Source of the DNA: Thermodesulfobacteriota bacterium | GTDB taxonomy: Bacteria > Desulfobacterota > Desulfobacteria > Desulfobacterales > SURF-7 | DNA length: 64,000 nt | NCBI GenBank assembly: GCA_049320885.1 | Contig: JBMORA010000009.1 | Coordinates: 160,001 to 224,000 of the forward strand | Direction of reading: 5' to 3' | In this document: in pieces, positions 1-11,139 of the stretch | How the letters are laid out: each line of letters begins with the position of its first letter | Numbering within the stretch: position 1 is the first letter of the stretch | Program-made: the position numbers and the translations under genes | The notes under the pieces: generated by a model | Told to the model about the DNA's origin: nothing | Database searches by the model: none | Seen by the model: only the letters and a program-made list of their open reading frames with translations

Positions 1-226
1 CCTTGTCACTGGCCTCACCGGTGAACTGGATGGAGTCCCCTTGCTTATAGGTACTGCCGTCCGCCGGACTGATAATCCGGGCAGTAGGCGGTGAATTCGG
101 ATTTTGAGCGGTTGTGGATGACGAGTCATCGCTGCCGCAGGCCAAAAAGAAGGTGAACACCAGGCCGATGACCAATTGTTTGCCGATACCCAAAAACAGC
201 GTCTTTCGCCATGGGGCGCTCATCAT
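1..226 (-). CDS. Lipoprotein with Ig-like/PKD-type domain (N-terminal part; runs off the window edge)
   Basis: Not in ORF track. Manual translation from ATG 226: MMSAPWRKTLFLGIGKQLVIGLVFTFFLACGSDDSSSTTAQNPNSPPTARIISPADGSTYKQGDSIQFTGEASDK. Lipobox FLA-C, then an N-xPPTAxIxSPxDG...FxGxASD pattern typical of Ig-like/PKD domains. Confidence 0.65.
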   Translation of the reverse strand, partial: MMSAPWRKTLFLGIGKQLVIGLVFTFFLACGSDDSSSTTAQNPNSPPTARIISPADGSTYKQGDSIQFTGEASDK

Positions 227-486
227 ATCCCTGTCTGTTTCACTCCTTTCGTTAAAGTGCATACCGGTCAATTTTATCTCATGTGCAACGGGGAACTACA
301 ACAGAAAAAATTGTGTCGGAAACAGGAAGAGGAAATGGTGGCATTATGGGATCGGAAACAGGGTTTGACCGGGTTTTGGAAAACAGGTATAGTCGTTACA
401 AACATCCATGCCCCATATGGTCATCGACTGTCCGAATTTCTGTCACCGAATTCAGGGGTTATCCGGCAAAGTGCGGGAGGTGATCG

Positions 487-3408
487 ATGAAAACGGATAA
501 TCATTTCCCCATTGCTGGAAAATTGTTCGGCGGTTTTCTGTTGCTTGCCGGTTTACTGACAGTCGCCGTGCTTGAGACGCGCGCTGCGGAACCATCCTTG
601 GCTCCGGTGACCGATGATGAGCGGACCTGGCTGGACCAGCATGCGGAAAAGCTACAGCTGCTTTTCAATGTTGAATTTCCGCCTGTTGAATTCGCATCTC
701 CTGCCGGCGTCTTCGTCGGGATCGGCGCCGATGTGATCGCCATGGTGGAAAAGCGCCTCGGTGTCACGTTTTCAAAAAACCCTTCCGATGACTGGAACCA
801 TCATCTGGCGGCCCTGGAAAGCGGGGAATGCGCCATTGCGCCGACCATTGTGCGCACAGCCGAACGGGAGCGTTTTACCTATTTCACCACCCCCTACGCA
901 ACGGTGCCTGTGGTGATCATTGGTACCCGGAGATTTCGCACAGGCATGTCCCTTGAGGACTTTGCCGGGAAGCGCATAGCCGTGGTTTCCGGTTACGCAA
1001 CGGAAAAGTATCTCCGCGACCGCGCCGACAGCCGGTTCGAAGTGGCGGCCGTTACAAATGTTCCCGAAGCCCTGAGGGCCGTGTCCTTTGGTCAGGTGGA
1101 CGCCTATGTGGAAAATCTCGCCGTAGCCGCACACTATATCGACCAGGAAGGCATCCCGAATCTTCAGGTGATCGGCAGCACCGATTACGTCTTCGCCTTC
1201 AGCATCGGCGTCAGTCGGAAATATCCCCTGCTATACAGCGCCATTCAAAAGGCCCTTGACACGATACCGCCGTCTGAACTCGAAACCGTCCGGAAGCGCT
1301 GGATATCTCTTGCGCTGCACAAGGGGTTGTCCCCGGAAACCGTCCTGCTGCTCAAGCTGACAGCCATGTTTACCGTTTTGCTGCTGCTGGGCCTGGCCGG
1401 TGCCAGCTATTTCCTCAAGCGCAAGTTGAAGGAGAAAGTGGCCAATCTGAAACAATCGCAGCAAACACTCCTGGAGCGGACGGAACTTCTCAAGCTGGCG
1501 ACCGAGGCGACCCAGGCGGGTATCTGGGACTACTATCCAGCCACAGGAAAGAATTATCTCAGCCGGCAGTGGTTCAGCATGCTCGGTTATGCGGAAACGG
1601 ACAGAAGTATATCGTTAAAAGAGTTTCGTGCATTCGTGCATCCGGAGGATTTGCCCGTTCTGACAAAAACGGTGGAGAAATGCCTGGGCGCTGAAGGACA
1701 GGACGCTTTCGAGGTTAAATGCCGCCTGCGCAAGGCCGACGGCGCCTGGTGCTGGGTGCTTTCAAAAGGCCGCGTGGCGGCCCGGGATGAAAATGGGGCG
1801 CCTGTCCGCCTGATCGGGCTGGATATCAATATTCAGAATATTATCGAAGCCCAGGAAAAGATGGCCCAGAGCGAAGCGAAATTCCGTTCCTTGTTTAAAA
1901 TGGCGCCCCTTCCCCTGGCGGAGGTTTTCCGGGACGGACGAATTGTCGAGGTCAACGATTCCCTGAAGGAGGCCCTGGGATATTCCATCGAGGAGGTGCC
2001 GGATATGGAGACCTGGTGGCGGTTTGCCTATCCGGATCCCGTTTATCGGCGTCAGGTGATGGAAACCTGGCAAAAAAAGGTGACGCAGGCCATGGAAAAA
2101 GGAACCATTCTGGTGAACGATGAGCGCCTGGTGACCTGTAAAAACGGGCAGGTGCGGACCATGATCATCAGCGCCAGCTTGATCGGGAAGAGCTTCCTGG
2201 TCAGTTTTTTCGATATCACCGAGCGTAAGCGGGCCGAAGAGGAGAGGGAAAAACTTCAAGGGCAGTTGCTCCAATCCCAGAAGCTGGAGGCCATCGGCAT
2301 TCTTGCAGGGGGTGTTGCCCACGATTTCAATAACATGCTGGGGGCCATCATCGGATACACGGAACTCAGTATGGGAAATATGGAAGCCGATGATCCGCTC
2401 CGCCACAATCTGGGGAAAATACTGGACGCGGCGCGTCGTTCCGCCAATCTTACCCGCCAGCTGCTGGCTTTTGCCCGCAAGCAGACCGTCGCTCCCATCC
2501 TGCTGGACCTGAACGAATCGGTGGAGACCATGCTCAAAATGCTGCGCCGGCTCATCGGTGAAAATATCGAACTGGCATGGATGCCCGGAACGGGACAGTG
2601 TACCGTCAAAATGGATCCCTCCCAGATCGACCAGATACTGGCCAACCTGTGCGTCAATGCCCGGGACGCCATATCCGATGTCGGCAAAATCAAACTTCAG
2701 ACCACCACTGTTTCTTTCGACCATAAATCCTGCGGGTCCTATTTTGATTGTATGCCGGGAGAGTATGTGCATCTGGCTGTCAGCGACAATGGCTGCGGTA
2801 TGGACAAGGAAACCTCCGAGCATATTTTCGAACCGTTTTTTACAACCAAGGGTTTGGGGCAAGGCACGGGTCTGGGACTTTCCACTGTCTACGGAATTGT
2901 CAAACAAAACGAAGGCTTTATCACTCTCCAGAGCGAGCCGGGCGTCGGGACCACCTTCAACATTTTCCTGCCGCGTCATGCCGCGGCAAGCACCGCCGAG
3001 AAGACGGAAAGTCCCGAAAATATCCCGCGGGGCAAAGGCGAAACCATTCTCATGGTGGAGGATGATCCAACTCTCCTGGAAATGGGCCAGATGATGCTGC
3101 GGCGTCTAGGATATGAGGTTCTTGCCGCAAATGCTCCGAGCGAAGCCATTCGTCTGGTTTCCGAAGGCGGCGGCGAGATTCACCTGTTCATCACCGATGT
3201 GGTCATGCCGGAAATGAACGGGCGTGAGCTGGCGGAGCGCATCCAGCAAATCCGGCCGGGTGTCCGGTATCTGTTCATGTCCGGATATACGGCTGATGTC
3301 ATCGTTCACCGGGGGGTATTGGACGAAGGGGTCAATTTCATCCAGAAACCGTTCTCCATCAAGGAACTGGGCGCCAAAATCCACGCCGTTCTGTCGGAAG
3401 CCCATTGA
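487..3408 (+). CDS. Hybrid sensor histidine kinase (periplasmic solute-binding domain, PAS domains, HisKA, HATPase, REC)
   Basis: Signal peptide, SBP family-3-like domain, TM helix, PAS/PAC segments, H-box [18 protein letters not shown] and GTGLGL motifs, C-terminal receiver (VEDD, DVVMP, QKP). Confidence 0.93.
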   Translation: MKTDNHFPIAGKLFGGFLLLAGLLTVAVLETRAAEPSLAPVTDDERTWLDQHAEKLQLLFNVEFPPVEFASPAGVFVGIGADVIAMVEKRLGVTFSKNPSDDWNHHLAALESGECAIAPTIVRTAERERFTYFTTPYATVPVVIIGTRRFRTGMSLEDFAGKRIAVVSGYATEKYLRDRADSRFEVAAVTNVPEALRAVSFGQVDAYVENLAVAAHYIDQEGIPNLQVIGSTDYVFAFSIGVSRKYPLLYSAIQKALDTIPPSELETVRKRWISLALHKGLSPETVLLLKLTAMFTVLLLLGLAGASYFLKRKLKEKVANLKQSQQTLLERTELLKLATEATQAGIWDYYPATGKNYLSRQWFSMLGYAETDRSISLKEFRAFVHPEDLPVLTKTVEKCLGAEGQDAFEVKCRLRKADGAWCWVLSKGRVAARDENGAPVRLIGLDINIQNIIEAQEKMAQSEAKFRSLFKMAPLPLAEVFRDGRIVEVNDSLKEALGYSIEEVPDMETWWRFAYPDPVYRRQVMETWQKKVTQAMEKGTILVNDERLVTCKNGQVRTMIISASLIGKSFLVSFFDITERKRAEEEREKLQGQLLQSQKLEAIGILAGGVAHDFNNMLGAIIGYTELSMGNMEADDPLRHNLGKILDAARRSANLTRQLLAFARKQTVAPILLDLNESVETMLKMLRRLIGENIELAWMPGTGQCTVKMDPSQIDQILANLCVNARDAISDVGKIKLQTTTVSFDHKSCGSYFDCMPGEYVHLAVSDNGCGMDKETSEHIFEPFFTTKGLGQGTGLGLSTVYGIVKQNEGFITLQSEPGVGTTFNIFLPRHAAASTAEKTESPENIPRGKGETILMVEDDPTLLEMGQMMLRRLGYEVLAANAPSEAIRLVSEGGGEIHLFITDVVMPEMNGRELAERIQQIRPGVRYLFMSGYTADVIVHRGVLDEGVNFIQKPFSIKELGAKIHAVLSEAH

Positions 3409-3706
3409 AAACCGGTTTTGCCGCGCATGCGCCAGACGCCGGAAAGCCTTGCCTGCAGAATGGAGCGTATTGTCATCAGCGGATTTACATTGGTCGGGTT
3501 GGGGTTGCAAGCGGAGCAGCATTTATGGCTGAGGGGCGGCCTGCTTCTTTCCTGTCTGGCAGGAAATGATGCCGACAGCGGACTGCTTCACCAGGTGCTG
3601 GGCGTCGATTCCATGAAAGACCTGTTCTTCCATCCCAAGATGGTCGCCTCATGGGAAGAACAAATGCTGCTGATCAAAAGCCTATCCCTGTTGTTTATAC
3701 AGCATA

Positions 3707-4198
3707 TCAAGCGATGAGGATGAGGACATCGCCGGTGGCCACATCCGCATCTTTGCTCACCCGGATTTCCTTGACGGTGCCGTCCAGAGGGCTCAAAATA
3801 TTGTTTTCCATTTTCATGGCTTCCATCACTGCCAGTACCTGGCCCTTGGAAACGGAGTCCCCGACGCTCACCATGATTTGGATGATTTTTCCGGGGAGCT
3901 GGGCGGCAACCGTTCCGGCACCTTGGGCAGCAGCACCCGTGGTTTGGGGTTTCGCCGCCGAAACCGGTGCGGCGGCGGGCGGCGGCGCCATGACCGGGGC
4001 CGGTGCGGCGGCCGGCTGTAATCGGGGCGGAGATGCGGGCGCGGATTGGAACCGGGCGGGGGTTGCCGCCTGGCCGCCGGCGGCCAGGGTCACGTCATAG
4101 GCCACGCGGTTGACGATCACCCGGGCCTGGTTGCCCTGGATGCTGATGATTTCCACATCAAAGGCCTGTTCGTTGATGGTAAAGGCGTAGCGGGTCAT
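3707..4198 (-). CDS. Biotin carboxyl carrier subunit of Na+-translocating decarboxylase
   Basis: EAMKM biotinylation motif, Ala/Pro-rich linker; ATGA overlap with the upstream oadG-like gene. Confidence 0.92.
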   Translation of the reverse strand: MTRYAFTINEQAFDVEIISIQGNQARVIVNRVAYDVTLAAGGQAATPARFQSAPASPPRLQPAAAPAPVMAPPPAAAPVSAAKPQTTGAAAQGAGTVAAQLPGKIIQIMVSVGDSVSKGQVLAVMEAMKMENNILSPLDGTVKEIRVSKDADVATGDVLILIA

Positions 4199-5232
4199 TT
4201 GTTTGTCCTTACGGGTTGAAGATGGATTCGATCAAAGGGCCGGAGCCGGTCGGCCATGAGTTTGCTGCGGCCGGACAGCACCCAGGCCGAAGTGCGCGTC
4301 TCCCGGGGCCTGGATGCCGAAGGCGCGGTGATCCGGCCGGCCGGGTGTTGTTCCGATCCGGCATGCAGGTGCAATGCCAGGGTGATGGCGGCTGCCACTT
4401 CCCCGGCACGCAGGTGCAATGCCAAAGCGATGGCGACGGCCACTTCCGGCGAAGCCGCCTGGACGGCCGTTGTTTCCATGTGTGCCGCCGGAGCGATCGG
4501 TTCCGAAACCGCTGCCGGTTGGTTGCTGGACGTCCCTTGCGCCAGATCATTCTCGTTCGGCGGGTTGCGGCTTTCGATATGCCGGAAGATGAGGCCCGAG
4601 AGCTGCATGCCGATCATCAGGACCCCCAGCACAATGAAGACCCCGAAAAAGCGGATGAACAGAGTGCCGATGGCGTAGCCCCAAAAGGAATCCCGGGGTG
4701 CGACAATCAATTCGATCCGGCCGTCGGCTGCGCCGTCGGTATCCAGGGGGCCGCCATCCCGCACGGAAATGCCCAGGGTTTTGACACGGTCCGGTAGTCG
4801 TTCCACCGTTCCCATGAGGTCCTTCCAGGAGTCTTTTTTCTTCGGATCACCGCCCCACAGCTGGGTGGAGGTGGTGAAACAGTCGGACGACAGTATCAGC
4901 CCGGCTTCGCCGCCGGGCTTTTCCGCTTTCAGGTTTACCTTGAAAAAGCCGGAACGGAAATCCTTTATGTCCAGATCCGGTTGCTGGTCGTCCGGAAACT
5001 CCGCGGTTTCGACGGTTGTGATGGTTGCGGCGTTGGATTGAAACCGGATCAGCACGCTGGTGCTTTTTCCCCGGGGAATCAGGCGGGCGTCCCAGTCGCT
5101 GGCGGCCCGGCTGAATAGGGGTTGCGGTTTTTCCAGATCCTCGCCGAAAGCCGCCCAGGCCGAAGCAGCCGAAAGGATCATCAGGGCGGGCAGGAGGAGG
5201 TGGAGCCATTGAAAAAGAAGTTTTTTGGACAC
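4195..5232 (-). CDS. OadG-family (gamma/delta) subunit with a long N-terminal secreted domain
   Basis: Lies between oadB-like and BCCP genes. TM helix FFGVFIVLGVLM, Ala/Pro linker, EVAxAIxLAL helix and SAWVLSGR tail as in OadG/GcdD/MmdD. Extra signal peptide plus about 155 aa domain in front. Confidence 0.78.
   Translation of the reverse strand: MSKKLLFQWLHLLLPALMILSAASAWAAFGEDLEKPQPLFSRAASDWDARLIPRGKSTSVLIRFQSNAATITTVETAEFPDDQQPDLDIKDFRSGFFKVNLKAEKPGGEAGLILSSDCFTTSTQLWGGDPKKKDSWKDLMGTVERLPDRVKTLGISVRDGGPLDTDGAADGRIELIVAPRDSFWGYAIGTLFIRFFGVFIVLGVLMIGMQLSGLIFRHIESRNPPNENDLAQGTSSNQPAAVSEPIAPAAHMETTAVQAASPEVAVAIALALHLRAGEVAAAITLALHLHAGSEQHPAGRITAPSASRPRETRTSAWVLSGRSKLMADRLRPFDRIHLQPVRTNK
4358..4447 (-). 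repeat. 45-bp in-frame tandem duplication (2 copies, 39/45 identical) in the oadG-like gene
   Basis: 4358-4402 vs 4403-4447; encodes EVAVAIALALHLRAG / EVAAAITLALHLHAG. Confidence 0.9.
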
Positions 5233-5246
5233 AGGATCTCCTTGGC

Positions 5247-6395
5247 TTACTGAAACATGGCGATGAACATGCCGGCGGCGGCGGCCGAACCGATGACTCC
5301 GGCCAAATTGGGCCCCATGGCGTGCATCAGCAACCAGTTGGAGGGATCGGCCCGCATCCCCTCCCCATGGGCAACCCGGGCGGACATGGGCACCGCGGAA
5401 ACCCCCGCCGAACCGATGAGCGGGTTGATCTTGTCCTTCAGGAACAGGTTCATGATATGCACGGTCAGAATACCGCCCATGGTGCAGATCATGAAGTCAA
5501 GTAGTCCGAAGCCGAAGATCAGCAGGGGCTTCCAGCTGAGGAACACCTCCGCCTGCATGGTGGCCCCCACGGAGAGCCCCAGGAAAATGGTGACGATGTT
5601 CATCAGGGCGTTCTGGGAGGTGTCCGCCAGGCGTTTCACCACCATGCTCTCGCGCATGAAATTGCCGAACATGAACATGCCCATGAGGGGCGCCACCGCC
5701 GGAATGAGCAGCACGATCAGGATGGTGGCGATCAGAGGAAAGAGCAGCTTTTCCCGGTTCGAAACCGATCGCAACTGGCTCATGCGGATGCGGCGCTGTT
5801 CCGGGGTGGTCATCAGGCGCATGATGGGGGGCTGGATCAGTGGCACCATGGCCATGTAGGAATAGGCCGCCAGCGCGTTCGCACCCAGCAGGTGGGGAGC
5901 CAGCTTGGTGGTCAGATAGATAGTGGTGGGACCGTCGGCGCCGCCGATGATTCCCACCGAGGCGGCCTCCTTGAGGGTAAACCCGAAGAACAGGACGCCG
6001 ATATAGGTGACGAACACGCCCAGTTGAGCACCGGCGCCGATGATCAGGGTTTTGGGGTTGGCGATGAGGGGGCCGAAATCGGTCATGGCCCCTAAACCGA
6101 GGAAAATCACGCAGGGGATGACCTCCCATTCCACGCCGTATTTGTAAAAAGCCCGGATCAGGTCCGGGGTGCCGCCTTCCGTGAATCCCATGATGGGTGC
6201 CAAGGGGAAGTTGACCAGGAAAATCCCGAAGCCGATGGGCAACAGCAGCAGGGGTTCGTATTTCTTGGCCACGGCCAGATAGAGGAAAAAACAGGCGATG
6301 AGGAGCATCAGCAATTGACCGCCGGTCAGGTGGGGAATGCCGGTCTGGGTGAACAGGATGCCTTTGATGAGTTCAACTACATAATCCCATGACAT
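5247..6395 (-). CDS. oadB: Sodium ion-translocating decarboxylase beta subunit (OadB/GcdB/MmdB family)
   Basis: [43 protein letters not shown] and HAMGPN motifs; polytopic membrane protein. Confidence 0.95.
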   Translation of the reverse strand: MSWDYVVELIKGILFTQTGIPHLTGGQLLMLLIACFFLYLAVAKKYEPLLLLPIGFGIFLVNFPLAPIMGFTEGGTPDLIRAFYKYGVEWEVIPCVIFLGLGAMTDFGPLIANPKTLIIGAGAQLGVFVTYIGVLFFGFTLKEAASVGIIGGADGPTTIYLTTKLAPHLLGANALAAYSYMAMVPLIQPPIMRLMTTPEQRRIRMSQLRSVSNREKLLFPLIATILIVLLIPAVAPLMGMFMFGNFMRESMVVKRLADTSQNALMNIVTIFLGLSVGATMQAEVFLSWKPLLIFGFGLLDFMICTMGGILTVHIMNLFLKDKINPLIGSAGVSAVPMSARVAHGEGMRADPSNWLLMHAMGPNLAGVIGSAAAAGMFIAMFQ

Positions 6396-6644
6396 GGCGT
6401 TTCTTCGCTTTCGCTATGGGGAGGAAATTCTGTTGACCTGTCTAAATGAATTGGAAGGAAAAGGCAACTGTATTTAATCTTGGTACAACCATGGCCGGTT
6501 CCGCCCCGGGGATTCGGCAGTCGGAACATCGTGCGAGGTGAGATAATTCTTTTGTACTTTTTCCGGATATGCGGTACGGTTGCGTCCAGGGCGGAATTTC
6601 CAGCCGGTTGTGGACACTCCCTACTCCATGTCATGGTGACGGCT

Positions 6645-7118
6645 ATGAGCGATTTTGGTTCTAGAATGGTTTCGTCGGTTGGCGGGCGGTCCGCCGCGGC
6701 TTTTCTCCTGTTCCTGGGCGCTTTGCTGTGCCTGCATGATGATCGACCGGCCATGGCCGCGGGCAAGGAAGAGGCCGTCCCCCGGTATATCCTGAACGGC
6801 CTGCAGACCTATCGCCGGGAAGGGTATGAAGCGGCTGTCGCCGTCTGGTTGAAGGACAGCCCCTGGGCGAACGCTACCCTCATGGTTTCCCGCATCGCCT
6901 ATTTCAAGAATATCGAAAAACTTTACGGCCGGTATCAGGGCTATCAGATCGTAACAACCCAGGAAACCCGCACATCCCAGATGACCTATGTCCGGTTTAT
7001 TTATGAAAAAAATTCCGGTTACGGCATGTTTCTATCCACCATGCGCAACAATGCCTGGGTCCTGTCCCAGATCGACCTGCACCGCACCCAGCGATATGCG
7101 GATACAAATCCAAGGTAA
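6645..7118 (+). CDS. Exported hypothetical protein (start uncertain: 6645 or 6666)
   Basis: Signal-peptide-like segment (AAAFLLFLGALLCL...AMA) followed by a globular domain of about 120 aa. Confidence 0.6.
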   Translation: MSDFGSRMVSSVGGRSAAAFLLFLGALLCLHDDRPAMAAGKEEAVPRYILNGLQTYRREGYEAAVAVWLKDSPWANATLMVSRIAYFKNIEKLYGRYQGYQIVTTQETRTSQMTYVRFIYEKNSGYGMFLSTMRNNAWVLSQIDLHRTQRYADTNPR

Positions 7119-7155
7119 GAACATTCGGAACGTCATGTCATAAAGAGGAAAACAG

Positions 7156-8040
7156 ATGAGAAAAACACGATTTATACTGGTTGGCCTGGCGATGTATCTT
7201 ATGTCGATCGGGTCAGCGGCGCATGCCGTCATTGCAAAAACAAAGCTGGAAAGTCTGCTGGATAACGTAACGTCCATACCCGCAACGGCCGCGCAGGCAT
7301 TCGCGCAATGTTCGGTTGACGAAGGGGCTGTAAAAGCGGGGCCTGCCATGGAGAAGATAACAACGGAATTGGAACGCCTTATTAAACAAACGGCAGTCCC
7401 TTATGGCATGGACGATGGGAAAACCATCAGCGAGGGGGATGCAAAATCAATCAAAGCAATGTCCAAGCAAGATAAAATCGCCATGGCCATGAAAATGGCG
7501 GCACAAATGGGCGGCGCTCCCATGAAGGTGGCCGACACACAATTGTGGGGCGATTGCATTGCGCTTACCAACGAATTGGCCGCATTGGGCGGAGACCTGT
7601 CGTTTCATACGAAACTCGGCGAGGCCGAAAAAGAATCAGATGCCGTCCATGATGCCATCCATCGCGAAACCGCCGCCGCGGTAAAAACCTGTCCATGGAC
7701 TTCCTCCGGCGAGATGTCTGCACAAGATCCGGCCTGTATCAAGGCAAGAAATGTTGCCGGAGCTGATAACCATATTGAAGCGGAAATAAAAACACTTGCA
7801 ACCATAAAGGCGGTTCTTGCCGAGCGGGTAGCACGCATAAAACCGCTGCTCGTTCGTGGCGATCAACTACTTGAAAAATCAAGGTTCGGTGAATCGGTGG
7901 ACGCGCAGAGCAAAACCATTATCAGTCAGATGCAGGGCCAGGCGATAAATCAGATCCTGCTCATCCAGACCCAGGCGCAAAACGCCTGTGTGGAAGCTGC
8001 GAAATGGATCCAGGCGCGCAACGATATGGCGAAACAATAA
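7156..8040 (+). CDS. Secreted alpha-helical hypothetical protein
   Basis: RBS AGAGGA, signal peptide ending AHA, 294 aa Ala/Lys/Met-rich helical sequence. Confidence 0.75.
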   Translation: MRKTRFILVGLAMYLMSIGSAAHAVIAKTKLESLLDNVTSIPATAAQAFAQCSVDEGAVKAGPAMEKITTELERLIKQTAVPYGMDDGKTISEGDAKSIKAMSKQDKIAMAMKMAAQMGGAPMKVADTQLWGDCIALTNELAALGGDLSFHTKLGEAEKESDAVHDAIHRETAAAVKTCPWTSSGEMSAQDPACIKARNVAGADNHIEAEIKTLATIKAVLAERVARIKPLLVRGDQLLEKSRFGESVDAQSKTIISQMQGQAINQILLIQTQAQNACVEAAKWIQARNDMAKQ

Positions 8041-8232
8041 GGCCGGTACACCGCGCCGAACCCAGTCAAAGGTATCAGGGCGGGGAGCCGGGTATCAGGC
8101 TTCGCATAGCTATTCCGTTTAATTCGCGCAACATTGTGATCACTTCCCCGGTAGTTAAGATCGTATGCTGTTTTGCCGGTTTATAACCCGATTATATACT
8201 TTTCATTATTTAACTCCTTTTTTTATCCGTAT

Positions 8233-9777
8233 CTAAAGCATCATCCCCGACTGCTTCCGGCGGTCCAGGGCCCGGTACTGGATGGCCTCGGACACATGGT
8301 CTGCCGAGACGTCGGCTGCGCCGGCGAGATCCGCGATGGTACGGGCGATTTTCAGGATGCGGTTATAGGCCCGGGCCGAAAGCCCGAGCTGGTTGATGGC
8401 GTTTTCCAGCAGACGCAGGGAAGCCTCGTCCGGCTTGCAGTGCTGGCGGATATGGCGGTTGCCCATCTGGGCGTTGCAGAAAACCGCTTCGTGCTGGAAA
8501 CGCCGGCTCTGGAGTGCCCGGGCGGCGGTGACCCGCTCCCGGATGGCGGCGGAGGGTTCGGCCTTGGCGTCCTTAAGCAGCTCCCGGTAGGAAACCGCCG
8601 GGACTTCCGCGTGAAGATCGATGCGGTCCAGGAGCGGCCCCGAGATTTTGGAGCGGTATTTGTGGATTTTCTGGAAGGTGCACAGGCATTCCTTCTTGGG
8701 ATCGGCGAGGTGGCCGCAAGGGCAGGGATTCATGGCCGCCACCAGCATGAAGGACGAGGGGTAGGTGATGGTGGAGGCGGCCCTGGCAATGGTGACCCGC
8801 TGGTCTTCCAGGGGCTGGCGCAGGGCTTCCAGGACCGGCTTGCGGAATTCCGGCAGCTCGTCCAGAAACAAGACCCCGTTATGGGCCAGGCTCACCTCGC
8901 CGGGGCGGGGGATATGCCCGCCGCCGATCAATCCGGCATCGGAGATGGTGTGATGCGGGGTTCGGAATGGCCGTTGGGTGATCAGGGCCTGGCCGCTTTT
9001 CAGCATGCCGACCACGGAAAAGACTTTTGTGGTTTCGATGGCCTCCCGGAAGGTCAGGGGCGGCAGAATCCCGGGCAGACGCCTTGCCAGCATGGTCTTG
9101 CCGGAACCCGGCGGACCGATCATCAGGAGATTATGGGAGCCCGCGGCGGCGATTTCCATGGCGCGCTTGGCATGGCCCTGGCCGATCACCTCGGCGAAGT
9201 CCAGTTCCAGCGGCGCATCCGTCTGAAAAATGGTATGCAGGTCCACCTGTTCCGGCTGGACGGCGCGAATGCCGCGAATGAAATCCACCGCCTGAAACAG
9301 ATTGCGAACGGGATATACCGGAATATCCCGGATTACGGCAGCTTCCCGGCGGTTTCCATGGGGCACGATGATGCCGGAATACCCGTTATCCCGGGCGGCG
9401 ATGGCCATGGGCAGGGAACCCTTCACCGGCTTCACCCGGCCGTCCAGCGACAGCTCCCCCAGGATCAGGTATCCGGAAAGAGCGTCCTGGGGTATGAGTC
9501 CGGTGGCGGACAGGATTCCGAGAGCCATGGGCAGATCGAATCCGGTGCCTTCCTTTTTGATATCCGCGGGCGCGAGGTTGACCGTGATTTTATCCGCCGG
9601 AAAGGTATAGCCGGAATTGTTGATGGCGGATTTTACGCGTTCCCTGCTTTCCTTGACGGCGGCTTCCGGCAGGCCGACGGTGGTGAACGCCGGCAGGCCC
9701 TGGGTGATGTCAACCTCGACCTCCACCAGATAGGCATCAATACCAAGAACGGCACTGCTCAATACCTTGGCGAGCAT
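8233..9777 (-). CDS. comM: YifB/ComM Mg-chelatase-like AAA+ ATPase
   Basis: [50 protein letters not shown] and [11 protein letters not shown] motifs. Confidence 0.96.
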   Translation of the reverse strand: MLAKVLSSAVLGIDAYLVEVEVDITQGLPAFTTVGLPEAAVKESRERVKSAINNSGYTFPADKITVNLAPADIKKEGTGFDLPMALGILSATGLIPQDALSGYLILGELSLDGRVKPVKGSLPMAIAARDNGYSGIIVPHGNRREAAVIRDIPVYPVRNLFQAVDFIRGIRAVQPEQVDLHTIFQTDAPLELDFAEVIGQGHAKRAMEIAAAGSHNLLMIGPPGSGKTMLARRLPGILPPLTFREAIETTKVFSVVGMLKSGQALITQRPFRTPHHTISDAGLIGGGHIPRPGEVSLAHNGVLFLDELPEFRKPVLEALRQPLEDQRVTIARAASTITYPSSFMLVAAMNPCPCGHLADPKKECLCTFQKIHKYRSKISGPLLDRIDLHAEVPAVSYRELLKDAKAEPSAAIRERVTAARALQSRRFQHEAVFCNAQMGNRHIRQHCKPDEASLRLLENAINQLGLSARAYNRILKIARTIADLAGAADVSADHVSEAIQYRALDRRKQSGMML

Positions 9778-10062
9778 TTCCCCTCCTTTGGATCGGGTCA
9801 GGACAAACGCAGGCCCACCCTATCAAAGCCACATGAAAAAACAACGTAAAATTGGCTTATTATGAAACGGCGGGTTTGCCGGCGAGCCCGCCGGAAGAAT
9901 GTACACGAAAAACATAATAATTCCATGGGACTGAAGCCGGTTTGCCGCGGCAACCAGCTTGCCCGGACGCCTTCATGCTTGCTTTTTTTGCAAAATCATC
10001 CTAATTTCCTTTGGTAATTCGGCAGGTATGACTATTGCGGAAACAGATTGGCATTTACGAAT

Positions 10063-10968
10063 ATGCATGTGTATCAGCGGACTATCGCAAAACCGGTGTC
10101 CTGTTCCGGCGTTGGCGTTCACTCGGGGAAAATGGTCAATCTGACCATCCGGCCGGCGCCGGCGAATAATGGAATTAAATTCGTCCGGGTGGATTTGCCC
10201 AACAGCCCGAGCGTGCCGGCACTTTTTACCATGGTGGTGGACACCAGTCTCGCCACGGTGATCGGCAAGGATGGCGTTATCGTTTCGACCATTGAACACC
10301 TCATGGCGAGTTTCGCGGGACTTTCCATTGAAAACGCCATTGTGGAACTCGATTCCTATGAAATGCCCATCCTGGACGGCAGCGCCGGCTATTTCACGTC
10401 CCTGATCAAAAAGACCGGCATTCGAAAACTGGATGTCCCCCGGCAGTTTTTCGTCATCAAAGAACCCATCATCCTGGAGGAAAAGGACCGTTCCGTGGCG
10501 GTGTATCCTTCAGCAACACCGAAGATTACCTGTACCATTGAATACGCCCACCCCCTTATTCAGCGACAGAGTTACACCATTGAGCTTTCGGACAGCGAAT
10601 TTGAAAAGGAGATCTGTCGGGCCAGGACATTTGGTTTCATCCAGGACATAGATTATCTCAAACAGTATGGACTGGGACGGGGGGCAAGTCTGGAAAGCGG
10701 CATTGCCATCGGTGAGGACCGGATTCTCAATGAAGAAGGTCTGCGATATCCGGATGAGTTTGTCCGGCATAAAATTCTGGATTGCATCGGGGACTTTTCC
10801 CTGCTGGGGATGCCGGTTCTGGGGCATATCGTCGCGCACAAGTCCGGCCACGCGTTTCACCAGGCATTCTTGCAGCAGTTTTTTACCAGCAAAAATTGCT
10901 GGGAAACCAAACCCGTGGAACCTTTGGCGGACGGATATCGCGATGTATCGAAATCGCTTGCCATTTAA
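10063..10968 (+). CDS. lpxC: UDP-3-O-acyl-N-acetylglucosamine deacetylase
   Basis: QRTI...GVGVHSG, STIEHLM, PILDGSA, ARTFGF and EFVRHKILD motifs; ATG 10063 preferred over TTG 10048. Confidence 0.96.
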   Translation: MHVYQRTIAKPVSCSGVGVHSGKMVNLTIRPAPANNGIKFVRVDLPNSPSVPALFTMVVDTSLATVIGKDGVIVSTIEHLMASFAGLSIENAIVELDSYEMPILDGSAGYFTSLIKKTGIRKLDVPRQFFVIKEPIILEEKDRSVAVYPSATPKITCTIEYAHPLIQRQSYTIELSDSEFEKEICRARTFGFIQDIDYLKQYGLGRGASLESGIAIGEDRILNEEGLRYPDEFVRHKILDCIGDFSLLGMPVLGHIVAHKSGHAFHQAFLQQFFTSKNCWETKPVEPLADGYRDVSKSLAI

Positions 10969-11139
10969 CAACCTATCCGCTATGAATTAAGCTGGTTAGC
11001 AAGATCGACGGGAAAGTCCGGGCGTCACGGCCCGGGCCGGGTCCGGTACATTCGATTCTCCGGCACATGAATATGTTCCGACAAGATGATGTTCAACGAC
11101 AATCCCCGCTTGACGGGATTCCAAATATATGAGTGAGTA

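Noticed and set aside
3418..3717. 99-aa ORF between the kinase and BCCP genes
   Set aside because: TTG start, no RBS or motif, overlaps the end of the convergent BCCP gene.
8233..9777. comM as a mobile-element insertion hotspot
   Set aside because: The gene is intact and no integrase is nearby.
8173..9849. Long antisense ORFs (558 aa here; also 36594-38114, 38910-40253, 1762-2979, 45428-46615)
   Set aside because: Shadow ORFs opposite well-supported genes, expected in GC-rich DNA; no motifs.
9869..9892. GC-rich hairpin GGCGGGTTTG-CCGG-CGAGCCCGCC between comM and lpxC
   Set aside because: Single copy in a divergent gap with no U-tract; no function can be supported.
10025..10039. GG-N10-GC upstream of lpxC as a sigma-54 promoter
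   Set aside because: Poor match to TGGCAC at -24; likely chance.
11009..11030. GGAAAGTCCGGGC resembling the RNase P RNA 5' conserved motif
   Set aside because: The intergenic gap is only about 170 nt, the preceding bases are not GAGGAAAG, and the 3' conserved ACAGAA...GCTTA partner is absent.
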